From the IMG/VR virus record IMGVR_UViG_3300028840_000472: a stretch of DNA of 64,000 nt. One strand, 5' to 3'. The translations under genes and the position numbers were made by a program. Of the stretch, positions 44,875-53,738 are shown piece after piece (position 1 is the stretch's first letter; each line of letters opens with the position of its first letter). Origin of the DNA: a virus. Taxonomy: Duplodnaviria; Heunggongvirae; Uroviricota; Caudoviricetes. The notes beneath the pieces were generated by a model that was not told the origin of the DNA, did no database searches, and worked only from the letters and a program-made list of their open reading frames with translations.

Positions 44875-45252
44875 ATGAAAGAATTAAAACTAGGGGATGT
44901 CGTCGTAGTGTTCCGCCGAATCGGCGGTAACTACCTGACAGAGATCACCGGCGAAACGAAGACACTGTGGAAAACGGACGACGGTTCGCGCTGGGTCAAG
45001 CGAACAGGGTATGAGTACGGCACGTCGTCAAGCTGGTCGGGACGCACGATCGACAAGGCATCGCAGGAAGACGTCGAACGCCTGCTGCGCAAAAAGTATC
45101 GCGACGATCTGGTGCACAAGCTGCGGACCCTGAAGTGGGACGTGTTCAACCGACAGGAACTGGACGTGATATACGCCGCGCTGCAGAAGGCACTGGACAT
45201 GCGCGCAGCGCGCAAGGAACAGGAAATTAAACGCGGGACGAAAGGCCCGTAA
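44875..45252 (+). CDS. Hypothetical early protein (125 aa)
   Basis: Internal ATG of track ORF 44779..45252 with an AGATGACACGACAATG leader. Confidence 0.5.
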   Translation: MKELKLGDVVVVFRRIGGNYLTEITGETKTLWKTDDGSRWVKRTGYEYGTSSSWSGRTIDKASQEDVERLLRKKYRDDLVHKLRTLKWDVFNRQELDVIYAALQKALDMRAARKEQEIKRGTKGP

Positions 45253-45299
45253 ACAGCACAGGAGTCGTGTCCTGTCGCGGGGGTGGTGCCCCGCACCCG

Positions 45300-45332
45300 G
45301 AAGGCCGGCAGCGATGTCGGCCTTTCTTTTTG
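45300..45332 (+). terminator. Rho-independent terminator closing the rightward early operon
   Basis: GC-rich hairpin GGCCGGCAGCGATGTCGGCC followed by TTTCTTTTT. Confidence 0.5.
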
Positions 45333-45344
45333 TCGCAATTCGCG

Positions 45345-45545
45345 CCCGCGCACGCGCGCGCATATATAGGGGAAATTTTTTTCAAGGTCAAGAAAAAACT
45401 TTGGCCCGACCCCCATTTATATACCAGACCCCAAAAGGTAGCAGCGGGTAGCAGCAAACTGCCAAAAGGTAGCACCTGCGATCGCTTGTAAGTATCTTGA
45501 TTCGTAACGAAAGGTAGCACGGAATCACAGGTAGCACCGAAAAAA
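45345..45545. repeat. Copy B of the duplicated GGTAGCA(C) iteron-like element
   Basis: GGTAGCA at about 45437, 45447, 45468, 45513 and 45530. The block aaggtagcacggaatcacaggtagcac is identical to copy A. An alternating cgcgcacgcgcgcgcatatata tract and a TTTATATAC box are shared with 7870..8210. Confidence 0.6.
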
Positions 45546-45607
45546 TTTTCGGCCTTTGACATTTAGGAAAAATTTTCTCCATGGGACGCGGGACGCGCGG
45601 GACGCCC

Positions 45608-45620
45608 GCATGAATGTCAA
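45608..45620 (-). promoter_or_regulatory. Orphan promoter-like TTGACATTCATGC (minus strand) pointing into repeat copy B
   Basis: One mismatch to the conserved early -35 block. No conserved leader or ORF follows. GGGACGCG x3 lies directly upstream. Confidence 0.3.
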
Positions 45621-45767
45621 ACCTGCGCAGGGTCGTGCGCGTATATGGTTCCACTCTCGCGCCCTGTGGCGGACGCTACCGATCAAAACCCCGTCAGGGC
45701 ACGCAACCATACCAGCCAGCACCCGATCGCCGCCCGTAGCCCCTCACAGGCGGCGACAGGCACCTGT

Positions 45768-46391
45768 TCAGACGTGTGAAATGATGAAATCCCACCATGC
45801 GGCATTTTTCTTGTGCGCCCATGCACTGTGCCCGCTGACTTTGGGTAGCTCCCCTGCTGCTACCTTGATGCTGTCGACGTCGGTCGCATACTGCACGACC
45901 CGGTCGTCTGTCCCGGCGAATCCGGTGTTCCCCATTTCGCCCCAGTGGTGCTTCTGCTGCCAGCGCCACGGCAAGACACCCGTGACCCGCCGCCAGTGCT
46001 TGCCGGCAACCGTCGCCAGATCCCCGGCGTTATGGAACACCGCCCAGCGTTCGACACTGGCCGGCGGCTTCCACTTCTTCGCCAGCGCCGGCTGTATCAG
46101 GACAATGCGCCGCACCGGCGCGCCCAGCCGGCACAGATGCGCGATCAACGCCGCGCCGTTCGAGAAGCCGACCAGCGTGTCGCCCATGCCGACCGACGGA
46201 AGGATCAGCCGCGCAAGGTTTGAATTGTTGCGCGTTGCGACAAGATCCCAGTGACCGTAGTCATGCACGCGACAGATGTGCCCCGCCTTTTCTATCGCGT
46301 CGCGAAGGACAGCGATCTTCGGTTCGCCGACCTTGTGCCGTTCGTTGAAGCCGTGAATAAGATGTACCGTCTTCATGTCGTTATGCCTCAT
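45768..46391 (-). CDS. Alpha/beta-hydrolase-fold serine hydrolase (esterase/lipase-like)
   Basis: HGFN oxyanion-hole-like motif near the N-terminus and GFSNGA (GxSxG nucleophile elbow); 207 aa. Last gene of the late operon, next to the lysis genes. Confidence 0.55.
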   Translation of the reverse strand: MRHNDMKTVHLIHGFNERHKVGEPKIAVLRDAIEKAGHICRVHDYGHWDLVATRNNSNLARLILPSVGMGDTLVGFSNGAALIAHLCRLGAPVRRIVLIQPALAKKWKPPASVERWAVFHNAGDLATVAGKHWRRVTGVLPWRWQQKHHWGEMGNTGFAGTDDRVVQYATDVDSIKVAAGELPKVSGHSAWAHKKNAAWWDFIISHV

Positions 46392-46959
46392 ATCGTCGTC
46401 GTATGGTTTCCAGCACTTCCAGCTTGATCTGACAGATCCGGCCTTCCGACTTGCCGCAGAAGTTCCCGATCTCTTTCAGCGTGTACCCCTCGAAGAACAA
46501 CAGGCGCAACAGCGCGCGCTGCCATTCGGGTAGTTCCCTTGTTATATTCTCGAAGTCAATCCGCAAGTCTTCCGTCTTGGTAAAGTCCGGCGTCGGCGGA
46601 ACCATTTCGTCGCTTGTGAATAATATGTCGCGTTCGGATCTTTCCCGAACAAAGTCGATCGCTGCACCGCGCACGCGCGCGTAACTGAAGCAGCGAATGT
46701 CGACGTCGTCAGCATCCAGATTTCGCTGCAGATACTTCCTGTAGCATTTCAGAAATGCCATCCGCGATTCCTGTATCGCGTCGTCTTTCTTTGCGTCGAT
46801 TACGTTTGCCGGGAAGATTTTTATCGCGCGCATGGCGACTGCCTGAATCCAGCTGTCGAACTCGCGCAGCATTTCGCATTCGCTCTTCCTGTGTGATGTA
46901 TCGTTCGTCGGGCCAGTTGAGAAGCCGTCGCCCACAGCACGGACACTTGTCGTCGTCAT
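46381..46959 (-). CDS. Phage-encoded ECF-type sigma-70 family factor
   Basis: Region 2-like AIQESRMAFLKCYRKY...FSYARVRGAAIDFVRE. Region 4 HTH LPEWQRALLRLLFFEGYTLKEIGNFCGKSEGRICQIKLEVLETIRRRY. Confidence 0.75.
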   Translation of the reverse strand: MTTTSVRAVGDGFSTGPTNDTSHRKSECEMLREFDSWIQAVAMRAIKIFPANVIDAKKDDAIQESRMAFLKCYRKYLQRNLDADDVDIRCFSYARVRGAAIDFVRERSERDILFTSDEMVPPTPDFTKTEDLRIDFENITRELPEWQRALLRLLFFEGYTLKEIGNFCGKSEGRICQIKLEVLETIRRRYEA

Positions 46960-46962
46960 CGT

Positions 46963-47157
46963 TCATAACCGTGCTTCGCGATACTTGTCCAGATCATCGC
47001 GATGATCCGGGACGAACATTTGCGGAAGTGCCGGCGGCGGCACGTCCATAAATATCGGCGGCACATTCATCGGACTGCGATCAATGTACACGTCGACAAT
47101 GTCGTGTGTTTCAAGCGATAAGCTGCAACCCGCTACGCAACATGCTGCGCATACCAT
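46963..47157 (-). CDS. o-spanin-like outer-membrane lipoprotein (start overlaps the 3' end of the amidase gene)
   Basis: MVCAACCVAGC lipobox (VAGC) followed by a short Pro-rich mature region. The longer track ORF 46963..47199 is in the same frame. Confidence 0.45.
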   Translation of the reverse strand: MVCAACCVAGCSLSLETHDIVDVYIDRSPMNVPPIFMDVPPPALPQMFVPDHRDDLDKYREARL

Positions 47158-47594
47158 TGCCGTGCATCGAAGCACGGGCATTCTTTCGTCCATTCCCATT
47201 TTTCAATCACCCCGTCGCCGTCTATGTCGGGGGATAGATCGCGGTGCCCCAAAACCTCCGCATCTGGAACGCGCACTTTTAACGCGTCGACGATCAATCC
47301 CAGAGATAAATACTGCGCGGAAGTGAAGTTGTCTTCCGCTTTTCCATCTGCGTCGACGCCGCCGATCAAACAAATGCCCCAGCTTACGCGGTTATACCCG
47401 TAAGCATGTGCGCCGGTCTTGTCCATCGGACGACCGAACTCTATTGTCCCGTCCCTACGTATGACGATGTGATAACCCACACCGGACCAGCCGCGATCCC
47501 TGTGCCACTGGTTAATAGTTTTCACGCCGATGTTCATGCGCGGCGGTGTCGCACTGCAGTGCACGACGATGTATTTTATGTCGCTATCCCGCAT
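47133..47594 (-). CDS. N-acetylmuramoyl-L-alanine amidase endolysin (T7 lysozyme / PGRP, Amidase_2 type)
   Basis: IVVHCSATP...GYHIVIRRDGTIEFGRP...DALKVRVPDAEVLGHRDL...C signature of zinc amidases; no signal peptide. Confidence 0.8.
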   Translation of the reverse strand: MRDSDIKYIVVHCSATPPRMNIGVKTINQWHRDRGWSGVGYHIVIRRDGTIEFGRPMDKTGAHAYGYNRVSWGICLIGGVDADGKAEDNFTSAQYLSLGLIVDALKVRVPDAEVLGHRDLSPDIDGDGVIEKWEWTKECPCFDARQWYAQHVA

Positions 47595-47988
47595 CGCATG
47601 TGTACCCCTTCAGTTCGTTGAGCTGCTTTTGTAAATAGTGCAAGTGCGTATTGAACACGTCGATGTTGTGTTCTGGATGACCGTCAGCGATGTGATCATA
47701 AATCAGGTTGTCGCGTTTGTTGCCGTAATACTGCACGCGGTCCAGATCCTGAATGTAACGCTGTGCACCCAGTGCGACGATCGTCACAACCAGCGCGCCG
47801 GCTGCAATCAGGTTCGCCCATGGTGTGCGCTGTGAATTGTTTATCGCGTCGCGCAGTCCATCCAGATGTGTGTACATCGACGAATGCTGCTCGTTCATGT
47901 GTTCAAACTGCTTCGATACCGCGTCAACAAAACTTTCGACTGTCGCTTCCAGTCTGGACAGCCGGTGCTCTAAATTCGAATCTGTCAT
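47584..47988 (-). CDS. Lysis-cassette membrane protein (holin or i-spanin-like; one transmembrane segment, 134 aa)
   Basis: Central transmembrane segment WANLIAAGALVVTIVALGA between an N-terminal coiled-coil-like region and a C-terminal domain; directly upstream of the endolysin. Confidence 0.4.
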   Translation of the reverse strand: MTDSNLEHRLSRLEATVESFVDAVSKQFEHMNEQHSSMYTHLDGLRDAINNSQRTPWANLIAAGALVVTIVALGAQRYIQDLDRVQYYGNKRDNLIYDHIADGHPEHNIDVFNTHLHYLQKQLNELKGYTCDAG

Positions 47989-48099
47989 ATTGTTATCCCT
48001 GTCGTAATGCGTAGACCGCAGTGCCGTAGGTTACATTCGCACTGGCTGTCGCCGCTGTCGACCCGTTCACAAAAACCTGAAAAGTATCGTTTGCTTCCA

Positions 48100-49668
48100 T
48101 CAAGATTTACCTGCGTGCTTACTTATGCGCGCCTCTGTTAGCGTGGTGGCATATATGGCAACCTCGTCAATTGTTCCATTGAGATACCATGACGCGGCAG
48201 CATCACTCCCTATATGCACATCGTAGGTTGTGCCGGTATTTAGTGTTCCGCTTGTGCCATTGGTAGATACTGTTGCAGATACGCCATCGATGAATAGACG
48301 CGCTGTGCTTATGTTTGCGCCTGAACTAACTTGGCAGACAATGTGATACTTGCCGCCATCATTCACAACGCCCGCCCATCTTTTGAAATATCCACTGCCA
48401 ATATCAAATTGTATTTTCCCGTTTGACCGGACATAAAGAAGATTCCGCGCTCGCGCTGCGGCTGTTCCCCACATCATTAACGGGCCATCGCTCGCTGTGC
48501 TTGTGGTGCAGCTAAAGATGCACTCCATAGCACGGGCATTGCTGCCAAGTATCCCGGAAGCAGTTGTTGATACATAAGTCGAACTTGCATTGCTGAATCT
48601 GTATGCAGCATCGCCAACAATCCTGAATGGTGCGCTAACAAGCGCAGACACCTTAGTGGGGGTGTTTATGTATTGGCCATCAGCCTTGCCGGTATAGTCG
48701 GCTGCGGCACTTGCCGGACTTCCTTCATCAAGCCGCCAATACCATTCAGGCGAGTCAGCGATCACTGCGCTTGTGTAGGCATAATGGAATCCGTCAACCC
48801 CGTAGTAATACAAGTTCCTGACTTCCGTGCTTGTCAATGCGCGAGTAAATAGCGCCACATGACCAGCGCGGCCATTCATCCAGCGCGACGAGTTAGGCTG
48901 TGCGCCGATATAGTCATCAGTAACAAGACCGGCTGAAGCGTATGAATACACGGAGCTTCCGAACGTCACAGCAGTTGAAGCAACAACCTTTTCAGCGTTG
49001 AAAAACATCGCCATTCTATCTGTTGCATAGTTGGCAATGCCCACAACCATAAGCGGCGCATTGCGCTCGCCGGTCGATGTTGTGTGCTGAATTGTTTGCA
49101 GGCCGTCAGCAGTTCTACTACGCGCACCAAAGCGGAGAACGTTTGTTGATTGACAGTCGAACGACAACCCAAAACGACTTACTGAGTCATGTCCAATATA
49201 AGTCACAAAGGGCGAATCATTTGTATTGAGTAAGTCAAGCTCAAGCCACATGAGCAGCGTGACTGCATCAGCGCCGTTCAAATTTCTTCCAATCCTGCCC
49301 TCTTCAATTTTCAAGGCATCATTTATACCATCAAAGTTCCAGCTTGTGTCGCCTGTTGTTGATACCAATACAGAATAACCAGCCGACGCCTGCGCTAAAA
49401 CTGAGGCGTTATATCCAAGCACTACCTCAACCGCTGATGTTGCCGCTGACGGTTCATTCATCGGCCAATAAAGTGCTGGCTCTAAAAACAGGACATAGCT
49501 TGCGTAACTACTGACGGGAGAAGATGCGCCAGCACTTCCGGGGGAGCCGTGGAAGTACGCCGCGCCCATGCCGCCGCCCGTGCCGATAAAACTGAACACG
49601 TGCGACTGAAAAAAACTATTAAGCTGTCTTTTCATCGGAATTGTAACCCGCCAGCCATGCCGTACCAT
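48100..49668 (-). CDS. Tail fibre / receptor-binding protein with two LamG (concanavalin A-like lectin) domains
   Basis: Two copies of the Laminin_G_3-type C-terminal motif: GHVALFTRALTSTEVRNLY and GTIDEVAIYATTLTEARI. Confidence 0.5.
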   Translation of the reverse strand: MVRHGWRVTIPMKRQLNSFFQSHVFSFIGTGGGMGAAYFHGSPGSAGASSPVSSYASYVLFLEPALYWPMNEPSAATSAVEVVLGYNASVLAQASAGYSVLVSTTGDTSWNFDGINDALKIEEGRIGRNLNGADAVTLLMWLELDLLNTNDSPFVTYIGHDSVSRFGLSFDCQSTNVLRFGARSRTADGLQTIQHTTSTGERNAPLMVVGIANYATDRMAMFFNAEKVVASTAVTFGSSVYSYASAGLVTDDYIGAQPNSSRWMNGRAGHVALFTRALTSTEVRNLYYYGVDGFHYAYTSAVIADSPEWYWRLDEGSPASAAADYTGKADGQYINTPTKVSALVSAPFRIVGDAAYRFSNASSTYVSTTASGILGSNARAMECIFSCTTSTASDGPLMMWGTAAARARNLLYVRSNGKIQFDIGSGYFKRWAGVVNDGGKYHIVCQVSSGANISTARLFIDGVSATVSTNGTSGTLNTGTTYDVHIGSDAAASWYLNGTIDEVAIYATTLTEARISKHAGKS

Positions 49669-50393
49669 GTACTGCCGCCGTCTTTTGTCGCAAAGATCCA
49701 GATGTCGCGATCGCCGCCGGCCTGTGATGTCGTACTTGCTTCACCGCTGGCGTAGATCACGCTAGTCGGTGCAGATACCGCGAAGCTGTTCGCGCCGCCG
49801 CCGTCCTGCGTGACAAAAATTGTCGCGGTGAACATCGTGCCGGATGTCGACGGGACGTCCGTGAACGACAGCGTTGTGTTACCGACCAGCGTCAGGTCGA
49901 ATACGTTCGCGCTTGCACACGACAAACTGACAGCGCCGGTAGTCGAAGCCTGTACGACTGTTTCCGTGTAGCCCCGGAACTCGCTGCCGGCGTGCAGGTA
50001 GCTTTCGTCGCTCACCACGTCGGTGCCGTCACATCGCAGTCGAACCGTTCGCCCCGGTTCAACGATGACACCGTTGCCGGCGGATGTCTCGAACAGCAGT
50101 GGCTGTGCCGCGTTGTTCTGCGCGACGTAGTGCTTTTCGTTAGTCGGGACGAAGATGCTGCGCTGCGTTGTCAGATGCGCAGCCGAATCCGTGATGCGGA
50201 TCTTGTCGTACATCCATTCCTGCGGCTTGTCCCCTGTGATGATCAGCGAGTAGTTCGCATCGGACGACATATTGTGCGTCAATGTCCCGGTGATGGCAGC
50301 GTCGAATACGTCGAACGTTTCGTTCACCGTGACTTCCGGCTGCGACTGGTTCGCTGTCCACTTTTCCGCTTCGAGGTTTGTCGTAGTTGCCAT
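49632..50393 (-). CDS. Tail fibre-associated protein (253 aa)
   Basis: ORF track; between the J-like gene and the LamG fibre; beta-rich. Confidence 0.4.
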   Translation of the reverse strand: MATTTNLEAEKWTANQSQPEVTVNETFDVFDAAITGTLTHNMSSDANYSLIITGDKPQEWMYDKIRITDSAAHLTTQRSIFVPTNEKHYVAQNNAAQPLLFETSAGNGVIVEPGRTVRLRCDGTDVVSDESYLHAGSEFRGYTETVVQASTTGAVSLSCASANVFDLTLVGNTTLSFTDVPSTSGTMFTATIFVTQDGGGANSFAVSAPTSVIYASGEASTTSQAGGDRDIWIFATKDGGSTWYGMAGGLQFR

Positions 50394-50396
50394 GAT

Positions 50397-53300
50397 TTAC
50401 ACCTGTCCGATGCCGGGGAAACCGCGCCCGACTGTGTCTGAAATCTGGAAAATGTTGCAGGTTATAAGTTCGTTCGCGCTCGCACCGTCTGCGACACGAT
50501 CTGCAGAAGCATACGCGACGCTTGCTTCTGTTGCACTCGCCGTTCGCAACAGGGTACTGGCGCTGTCGTAGAAATCAATTTCGTAGTTGTCCGGGTCGGA
50601 CGACACGTACACATACGTCGGCGTGTTTTCATTTCGCGACACCGGCACCCATGTGAAGTTCACTTGGTTATTACTGTCGCGTGTTCCGCGAATAACAACG
50701 GGAGCGCGCGGCATCATGTTTCGACCTGTGTTCGTAAACACAAGCGGGTTCGCGTTCTGGATGTAGTTGCCGACTGTTACGCCCTTGTAGAAAATCTGCG
50801 TATCCAGATGTTCAATGTCGTCTTGAATAAACTTCACCGTCCCCTGATCATCGATCGGGATGAAGTACGGGAAGTCGCTATGCTGGTTCATCGCGTATTC
50901 AGTGCCGCGACGACCGCGTAGTAGTTTCGTCAGCGAGTATTCACCGTCCCCGACAGCGCTTGCATTAACCCACTGGATGACTTCCCAGACGCCGTTCAGT
51001 GTTCCGACAAGTGCGGCATTAGCACCTTCCAGTACATTCGCTTCTGTGTCGCTGTTGAGAACGATTGTGCTCGACGGCATACGCACGCGAAGTTCTAGCG
51101 ACGAATCCCACGTGCCGTTGAATGTCGTCGTCGTGACCTGCGAAGATACGTAGCCGAAGTCCGATTCGATCGTGAACGTGTCGACTTCGGAATACGTGGT
51201 ATTGTCGTTCGAGTGATACAGGTTCGCGCCGTTCCATGAATCGAACACACCGTAGGCGCAGACATAGTATCCGAACACGTCGTCGACAGAACGCAGCATA
51301 GGTACGTCGACAAGTGCGAAGATTGTCGGACCACGGAACGTTGTCACCTCGCTAGTCGTGCTGACGTATGCGGTATCCCTGACCGTGCTGTATACGGCGG
51401 CAATCGATTCGACAATGCCAGTGACTTTGATCGGGCCGACAAGGTTGTTCGTCACGTCGCTGACGCGTATGCGATAGCCGTCATCTCCGACAATGACGAT
51501 GTCGTTCGGTGCGATGTCGATATGCTTCGTGCCGACGCTGAATTCGGCGTTCTCGCGTTCGGAGTAAAACGAATACAGCATCGCGTCTGCGATGTTCATG
51601 CCGATGTCGTCGTCCATAACGACGGGCATTTGCGCATGTGAAGCGCCGACACCCTGCACGGTTAGTCGTTCAGCTTTTTGCGTGTTCTGTTCGTACAAGT
51701 CATTCTTGTTGTAGTACGTCACCGATACTTCACGCGGAAGTTCCAGTTCACCCGTGCGCGTGATCACTAGGTCGTCGCGTTCTTCCTTGTTCACGCCGGC
51801 AGCTAGATCATCCTGCGGTATTGTCTTCGATGCTGCGCCGCCGCGTTCCGTGCAGATCAGCTGCCCGCCGACTTCGGCAACATCGAAGAAGCCGACCGGC
51901 GTTATGGTTTCGATCGCCGTGCGCGCTGTTATCGCTTGATTGATCAAGTAGCCTTCGACGTTTTTTGACAGATCAGTAGTGTCGACTTGCGCGCTTGCCA
52001 GTCCAGCACGCACGCACTGGTCGGTAACAATGTCTGCAACAGTCGCGTAACTGGTGGACGTTATTGCTTCGATAGTTACAAGTTCCTGCCGCGTCATCAC
52101 CCACCTGTTGCTTATAGGCAATATGCTTGGATAGCTAAGATCATTATTTACGGTAACGGTTCCGGCTAATGCCCATTGACTACCGCTTGTCCACGGGTCA
52201 AATTCAACAAGAGTAATTAGCCCGCTTGTTGATTGGTTCTTGTAAAGGAACTTCCCCTCAGTGGAAAGCAATACGGCACCTGATTCCATGTGACCATTGC
52301 GGCTCCCTGTATCAGCATTGCTCCATGACGATATGACGTTCAAGTCTTTATCCATCAAGACAACCGAACGGTCATGGTCTGACGGCTTATCAAAGCGAAC
52401 AACGACAAAGAAATACTCGTCAGGATTATCCTGATCCGGGAAGATTTCAGCATCGCATAAAATTGCCGAAGCAGTTACGTTCCACTCTGCATTCTCAAGA
52501 AAATCTATGCCACCATCAAAGACTAGAGTCGGGCTGTCATAGTACGGATTCGTTTTATACGCAATCATCACATCCTTCCCGGATGACTTTTCAGTCATAG
52601 TGATGTAATGATTGCCGCACTTGATCGTCTTGTATCTATTCGCGTTGTTACCATACAAGTCATGGTCGTCAACGCCGAAGGGGCCGTTACCTTGATCGAT
52701 AGGGTAATCAGCATAGTCAACCCGATAACTGCCAAGCGCATTTAAGCCGGTGCCAGTTCCGGGATAACGGAACCAATACAGGTATCCGTCCGTACCGCCA
52801 CCGCCTTCCTGATTGCGCCCACAGAAAAAGAAGTATGGATCGTTCTGGCAAATACCAAACACAACACCAGATGTTTTATTCGCCATTCGTACTGGATACT
52901 TTCTGCTTTCAAGCAAATTCCATTGCAAGTCACAACGGACAATAGTTACGTCTATGTCGTCATCGTTTGCAGCGACATCTATATCGGCCATTGAGATAAT
53001 GCTGCCTTCCTCCATAACCATGCCGCCAAGCCCGCCGACAGAAGTCAGGATTTTCCCGGACCAATTGGATTCGGTCGTGTGCAGTATGTTCGGCGGCGAA
53101 TCACTTGCACCGGCGCGCGTGACTTCGACTTCGACATTCACAAGACCATTGCCGAACTGTTCCAGCTGTAGATCTTCGAATTCGATATACGCCAGTCCAC
53201 GATATGCAGGGACGTTGCCGGTTCCCTTGTAGCTTTCCTGCAGCGACGACGGTTCCTGCGTTTCGGATCCTGTATAAATGTTTACAGCGTCGGCCAGCTT

Positions 53301-53738
53301 ATTACTGCCGTTAATGTTCAGACTGTTTTCTGCGCTTTGGCTGTCGTACATCAGGCGACTGTTTATCCAGATACGACGGACGCCGGTGATCTCGCCCTCG
53401 CAGATAGCAAAAGCACCATCTAGTGAATAGGTGTAATACGTAGTTGATTGTGACGGACCGCCCTTACCGCCGGATTCTTCCTTGTGCTTCGTTGTCTTGC
53501 GACCACTCCACCACATCAGCGTCGTCGATGTGCGCACCGTGCCGTAGACGATCGGGATCGGGTTGCCGTAACTGGCATTCGGCGCGTTCAGCGGCGACAG
53601 CTTCTGCTGCTTGATGTCCGGCAGCTGCGGCGGGAACAACGCACCGCCAAGTGTCGCACCGAGTGCGAAGCCCGCCGGACCGAGGAACATAGCCCCGACG
53701 ACACCGAACCCCAGCGACGCGGCTGTATTAGCACTCAT
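50397..53738 (-). CDS. Central tail fibre / host specificity protein (lambda J-like) with an N-terminal gpI-like segment (1113 aa)
   Basis: The N-terminal Gly-rich hydrophobic stretch plus ...NASYGNPIPIVYGTVRTST resembles the lambda gpI C-terminal region. GGKGG...LDGAFAICEGEITGVRRIWINSRLMYD resembles the lambda J N-terminus (GKGSSKG...AISEGPIEG...LLN). Position after the NlpC/P60 gene matches K-I-J order. Confidence 0.6.
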   Translation of the reverse strand: MSANTAASLGFGVVGAMFLGPAGFALGATLGGALFPPQLPDIKQQKLSPLNAPNASYGNPIPIVYGTVRTSTTLMWWSGRKTTKHKEESGGKGGPSQSTTYYTYSLDGAFAICEGEITGVRRIWINSRLMYDSQSAENSLNINGSNKLADAVNIYTGSETQEPSSLQESYKGTGNVPAYRGLAYIEFEDLQLEQFGNGLVNVEVEVTRAGASDSPPNILHTTESNWSGKILTSVGGLGGMVMEEGSIISMADIDVAANDDDIDVTIVRCDLQWNLLESRKYPVRMANKTSGVVFGICQNDPYFFFCGRNQEGGGGTDGYLYWFRYPGTGTGLNALGSYRVDYADYPIDQGNGPFGVDDHDLYGNNANRYKTIKCGNHYITMTEKSSGKDVMIAYKTNPYYDSPTLVFDGGIDFLENAEWNVTASAILCDAEIFPDQDNPDEYFFVVVRFDKPSDHDRSVVLMDKDLNVISSWSNADTGSRNGHMESGAVLLSTEGKFLYKNQSTSGLITLVEFDPWTSGSQWALAGTVTVNNDLSYPSILPISNRWVMTRQELVTIEAITSTSYATVADIVTDQCVRAGLASAQVDTTDLSKNVEGYLINQAITARTAIETITPVGFFDVAEVGGQLICTERGGAASKTIPQDDLAAGVNKEERDDLVITRTGELELPREVSVTYYNKNDLYEQNTQKAERLTVQGVGASHAQMPVVMDDDIGMNIADAMLYSFYSERENAEFSVGTKHIDIAPNDIVIVGDDGYRIRVSDVTNNLVGPIKVTGIVESIAAVYSTVRDTAYVSTTSEVTTFRGPTIFALVDVPMLRSVDDVFGYYVCAYGVFDSWNGANLYHSNDNTTYSEVDTFTIESDFGYVSSQVTTTTFNGTWDSSLELRVRMPSSTIVLNSDTEANVLEGANAALVGTLNGVWEVIQWVNASAVGDGEYSLTKLLRGRRGTEYAMNQHSDFPYFIPIDDQGTVKFIQDDIEHLDTQIFYKGVTVGNYIQNANPLVFTNTGRNMMPRAPVVIRGTRDSNNQVNFTWVPVSRNENTPTYVYVSSDPDNYEIDFYDSASTLLRTASATEASVAYASADRVADGASANELITCNIFQISDTVGRGFPGIGQV

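Noticed and set aside
45556-46254. 232-aa plus-strand ORF, with minus-strand ORFs 45227..45562 and 45388..45654
   Set aside because: They overlap the repeat element or lie antisense to the hydrolase gene, have no RBS or conserved leader, and have biased composition. They are treated as non-coding.
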